From NCBI GenBank assembly GCA_038087875.1, contig JAXLNO010000219.1:1-64000 (forward strand): DNA of 64,000 nucleotides. Reading direction: 5' to 3'. The notes under the pieces were generated by a model. That model did not search any database, was not told the origin of the DNA, and saw only the letters and a list, made by a program, of their open reading frames with translations. This DNA comes from Malacoraja senta. Its lineage: Eukaryota. Numbering within the stretch: position 1 is the stretch's first letter; the number at the start of each line of letters is the position of its first letter. A program made the translations under genes and the position numbers. Shown piece after piece: positions 63,137 through 64,000 of the stretch.

Positions 63137-63629
63137 ACTAACTCTGAGTTACTAACACGAACTGCCATCATTTCATCAATTATATTTTCATGTCAGAAAT
63201 TGTCTCGGTCCTCTTTCAACAATAAACATTTGAAATGATTTTTGTTTACTTTAGCAACAAATTTATCATCATAAGTACCTTTAGTGAAGCAAAATACATC
63301 AACAGAGAACGACTAAATAAAAAATGGCACAAAGCTTTCAAAGGAGACTTTAAGGCAGTTGATCAAAGGGTTACATTAAACATTAAAGAAGTAAATAGTA
63401 GTAGAGAAAATTACAGTGGTTAGTGCCTCCCCATTGTAAAGGGACATTGAGGTGGTGAGAATTGGAGGCGCAGAAACATTGGAGATCTATGTGGTGGGAA
63501 GAAGTTACAGATACAGGAAAGGGTAAGGACATGGAGTCATTTTAAAATGAGGATAAGTATTGTAAAGGTAGACACAAAATGCTGGAGTAACTCAGTGGGA
63601 CAGGCAGCGTCTCTTTTTTTTAAAATGCT

Positions 63630-63900
63630 ATTTATTGTCATTCAAGCCTAGGCTTGAACAAAATATCATTACTAGTTTTTTAACATTACAAAAAAAAACA
63701 AGACCCACACTTAACACAGTTTACATAAACATCCATCACAGTGAGTCTCCAACACCTCCTCACTGTGATGGAAGGCAAAGTCTTATCTCTTCCCTTTATT
63801 CTCCACCCCGCGGTCCAGCAATCCAACTGCAGCATCTAGGCGAACTGGGGCTCCGGTGTTAAAGCCCCTGGTGGACGATGGCAAGTCCCGTAGCCATTCA
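63630..63900 (-). mobile_element. Truncated Rex-tailed non-autonomous element
   Basis: Reverse complement carries GACTTTGCCTTCCATCACAGTGAGGAGG and TTCAAGCC-TA-GGCTTGAATGACAATAAA. Confidence 0.7.
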
Positions 63901-63904
63901 GCCC

Positions 63905-64000
63905 ATGGAGAGAAGGAATGGGTGATGTTTCGGGTCGAGACCCTTCAGACCAGACTTCTGTCTAAAGAAGGGTCTCGACCCAATATGTCACCCATTCCTT
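63905..64000. repeat. Inverted pair of Penelope pLTR-like units with degenerate hammerhead motifs
   Basis: AAGGAATGGGTGATGTTTCGGGTCGAGACCCTTC ... GAAGGGTCTCGACCCAATATGTCACCCATTCCTT. Confidence 0.75.

Overview
Eukaryotic, repeat-rich vertebrate DNA. The repeat content (HE1-like V-SINEs, CR1/HER1-like LINEs, Penelope fragments) points to a cartilaginous fish, probably a skate or ray; this is inference. Positions 1-14.6 kb hold the 3' part of a decayed class I (epsilon-like) endogenous retrovirus: pol, no env, PPT and 3' LTR. Its pol is split by four nested retroelements: a non-autonomous Rex-tailed element, a full-length CR1 with both ORFs intact, a 5'-truncated Rex1/Babar LINE and an antisense CR1. 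Positions 31.0-60.8 kb carry the last seven coding exons of copine-4 (CPNE4) on the minus strand. Its introns contain a near-intact Passport-like Tc1, a deleted Tc1, a Helitron-like element, and CR1, Rex1 and Penelope fragments. Main candidates for follow-up: (1) an in-frame U_UUA_AAC -1 slippery heptamer directly before the CR1 ORF1 stop, with ORF2 open in the -1 frame; (2) a 2H-phosphoesterase-like segment upstream of RT in the ERV pol; (3) dispersed minimal hammerhead-ribozyme motifs in Penelope-derived repeats; (4) a non-tRNA SINE-like family with covarying stem-loops. All family assignments come from motif recognition by eye, not database searches.
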